Positions 4,832-6,181 of a DNA stretch of 6,181 nt are shown here, piece after piece (within the stretch, counting starts at the first letter, position 1; each line of letters starts with the position of its first letter). Source of the DNA: Nitrososphaerota archaeon (GTDB lineage Archaea > Thermoproteota > Nitrososphaeria_A > Caldarchaeales > Calditenuaceae). A program made the translations under genes and the position numbers. The notes beneath the pieces are model-generated. The model was given only the letters and a program-made list of their open reading frames with translations, did not search any database and was not told the origin of the DNA. The stretch covers positions 1-6,181 of the forward strand of contig JAVYLC010000061.1 in assembly GCA_038741355.1 (NCBI GenBank), read 5' to 3'.

Positions 4832-5752
4832 TTAGAGGCTTAACGCTTCTTCTATTTCTCTTCCTAGGATTAGTTTGATGCCGTGTTTTTCTGTCTCTTC
4901 TCTTAGCCTGTCTACCAGGTTTTCTGGGGCTATTCCCACCGATAGTATGGTTAGAAAAGGTTTTCTTCCGTATTTTGATGAGACCGCCTCAACCCTGTCC
5001 AGCAGCTTGGTTATCTCACTTTCTATCTCCTTCTCGTCCTTGAGCCTGGTTGTTACCTCTCCTACTACTAGGGGTTCTTCGCAGAACATGTCTATCTCCA
5101 GAACTTCTCCGTCTTTTAGGGCCCATCCCCTAGACACTCTTGCGCTGGGGTATCCAAGCTCTTCGAGCAGGACTTGTATGTATGCTGCTGCATGCATCTC
5201 GTATGTTACTCCTAAAGCAGACCCCAGCTCCGCAAAACCCGCTGAAACCTTTCTGCTCAGCCCATGAAAAGCCTTCTTCAGCTCTTTGACCTCCTGCCAG
5301 AGCTTGTTCTGGCTCTCCCAAAGCTTGTTCTGCCCTTCCCTCAGGCTTCTAACCTCCTCCCAAATCTTCTCTTGGTTTTCCCAAAGCTTCTCCTGGTTCT
5401 CCCACAGCCTTTTCTGGCCTTCCCACAGCTTCTCCTGCCCCTCTCTAAGGCTTCTAACCTCCTCCCACAGCCTGTTCTGTCCTTCCTCCAGCCTGTCGAG
5501 ACGTTTCAGTATCTCCAGTATCCCTATCCTGCCGGCCACGGCATAACGGAACTCCTCATCCTCCTCCAAAAGCCTCAACAGCTCCCGCTTAAGGTCAACA
5601 GCCAAACCTACTCCCAACATCAAACCCTCAGCTTGCCTAATAATTGTTATGGAGCCTAGCGTGGGCTCTGTTAAGACATCCCCGTCACCCTTGTTATGCT
5701 TGTTATCAGGTGTAGCTTCTCTGGTTGGGTGAATATGTGGAAATTTAGCCAC
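4832..5752 (-). CDS. Coiled-coil protein with a C-terminal PD-(D/E)XK-like nuclease-fold domain (resembles the archaeal DUF3782 + DUF1626/PDDEXK-type family); Trp-heptad repeat expansion
   Basis: 306-aa ORF. The N-terminal block LLRLLEEDEEFRYAVAGRIGILEILKRLDRLEE resembles the DUF3782-type proteins common in Thermoprotei, as I recall them. Residues 90-159 form ten heptads. The C-terminal ~130 aa have an alpha-beta-beta-beta-alpha-beta pattern with E185 (YEMHAAAY), D221 (LEIDMF) and E232-V-T234 (VVGEVTTRLK), which is a PD-(D/E)XK-like arrangement. The start is ambiguous between ATG at 5752 and ATG at 5620 (Met45). Each is preceded by a TATA-like element 19-27 nt upstream. Confidence 0.85.
   Translation of the reverse strand: MAKFPHIHPTREATPDNKHNKGDGDVLTEPTLGSITIIRQAEGLMLGVGLAVDLKRELLRLLEEDEEFRYAVAGRIGILEILKRLDRLEEGQNRLWEEVRSLREGQEKLWEGQKRLWENQEKLWENQEKIWEEVRSLREGQNKLWESQNKLWQEVKELKKAFHGLSRKVSAGFAELGSALGVTYEMHAAAYIQVLLEELGYPSARVSRGWALKDGEVLEIDMFCEEPLVVGEVTTRLKDEKEIESEITKLLDRVEAVSSKYGRKPFLTILSVGIAPENLVDRLREETEKHGIKLILGREIEEALSL
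5276..5485 (-). repeat. Ten tandem in-frame 21-nt repeats (heptad repeats) inside the 4832..5752 CDS
   Basis: On the + strand the units start at 5276, 5297, 5318, 5339, 5360, 5381, 5402, 5423, 5444 and 5465. Examples are ccagagcttgttctggctctc, ccaaagcttgttctgcccttc, ccaaagcttctcctggttctc and ccacagcttctcctgcccctc. An exact 20-nt copy, AGGCTTCTAACCTCCTCCCA, occurs at 5343-5362 and 5448-5467 (105 nt, or 5 heptads, apart). Confidence 0.95.
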
Positions 5753-5903
5753 ATCAAGACATGCTCAGGTATATGTATTCCTTCCCTTCATTCCTCTCCA
5801 TAGCTTGGAACAGCCAATCCCCTAAACTATACCTAAAATGTTCAAGACCAATCCTAAGAAATGTACCAAGGAGCCCCTTTTAGTGTTAATGAAGGGATAA
5901 ATA
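5753..5903. promoter_or_regulatory. Divergent promoter region between the coiled-coil/nuclease-like gene and the small coiled-coil gene
   Basis: This 151-bp intergenic region has ATACATATA on the - strand (5771-5779), 19-27 nt upstream of the ATG at 5752. It also has TTTTAGTG/GTTAAT (5878-5890), 14-26 nt upstream of the ATG at 5904. Both are imperfect TATA boxes. Confidence 0.35.
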
Positions 5904-6158
5904 ATGGTCTCGGTGCCGATGTTTGGGTTTGGCAAAGTGGTTGAGAGGGTTCCTGGATGGGTTGCTAGGTTCCTACTGCCAGAGATCAGGGCGCTCATAC
6001 GTGAAGAGACGAAGGACCTGAGGGTCTACATAGACGACAGGCTCAAGGCCTTCGACGAGAGGTTTAAGTCTTTCGACGAGAGGCTCGCCTCGCTCCGCAG
6101 CGAGATGGTTGCAAGGCTCGATAGCTTGGAGAAGAGGTTGGGGTCGAAGACAGCGTAA
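5904..6158 (+). CDS. Small coiled-coil protein (hypothetical), with a hydrophobic/amphipathic N-terminus
   Basis: 84 aa with an ATG start (a second ATG lies at codon 6). The N-terminus is MVSVPMFGFGKVVERVPGWVARFLLP. A continuous heptad-like helix follows: IRALIREETKDLRVYIDDRLKAFDERFKSFDERLASLRSEMVARLDSLEKRL. It contains an internal 21-nt-spaced exact 12-nt duplication, TTCGACGAGAGG, at 6051-6062 and 6072-6083 (FDERFKS/FDERLAS). Codon use matches the neighbouring genes. I recognise no family beyond coiled coil. Confidence 0.6.
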   Translation: MVSVPMFGFGKVVERVPGWVARFLLPEIRALIREETKDLRVYIDDRLKAFDERFKSFDERLASLRSEMVARLDSLEKRLGSKTA

Positions 6159-6181
6159 ATCCCACCCCCCTCAAACAGCAC

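Noticed and set aside
4624-4835. Small ORFs inside the gap: 4728..4835 (+, 35 aa, MPMTLSWKLRSLKNVDVQWRLKAGVHCWVVLVCFC) and 4624..4746 (-, 40 aa)
   Set aside because: They are too short and featureless to support. The first overlaps the stop codon of the opposite gene, and neither has a well-placed TATA box. They are mentioned only as candidates if expression data exist.
5276-5485. Possibility that the 21-nt tandem repeats are a CRISPR array or a minisatellite outside a gene
   Set aside because: The units are directly adjacent with no spacers, are shorter than any CRISPR repeat, and are in frame within a long ORF that continues into non-repetitive domains on both sides. They are a coding heptad repeat.
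4875-5659. ORFs 4875..5267, 5264..5659 and 5286..5546 (+), and 5130..5321 (-)
   Set aside because: They are antisense or out of frame relative to the 306-aa coiled-coil gene. The long Leu/Pro/Ser/Phe-rich open frames on the + strand arise because the 21-nt repeat lacks stop codons in those frames. They are shadow ORFs.

Overview
This window looks like a compact chromosomal segment from a thermophilic archaeon, probably a crenarchaeote (Thermoprotei); that assignment is my inference. The evidence is a UPF0147 protein, a long-type archaeal FKBP, and A/T-rich TATA-like boxes 25-35 nt upstream of nearly every start codon, which implies leaderless or short-leader mRNAs. GTG starts and AGG/CTC/GAG-rich codon use also fit. 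I support nine complete CDS plus one possible partial CDS at the left edge. The left two thirds (1-3971) look like housekeeping or metabolic genes: a small HExxH protein, UPF0147, a small two-TM membrane protein, an FKBP-type PPIase, an LLM-class (F420-type) oxidoreductase, and a cyclase/kynurenine-formamidase-like hydrolase. The right third (3972-6181) looks accessory. It holds an orphan ribbon-helix-helix protein and a ~610-bp ORF-poor gap between convergent genes. It also holds a 306-aa coiled-coil protein with a PD-(D/E)XK-like C-terminal domain, whose coiled coil was expanded by ten in-frame 21-nt tandem repeats that place Trp in a fixed heptad position. A divergently transcribed small coiled-coil protein completes the region. 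I found no rRNA, tRNA, CRISPR array, transposase or integrase. The most unusual parts are the Trp-heptad repeat protein with its divergent partner, and the unexplained non-coding gap. I cannot show from sequence alone that they form a functional system.
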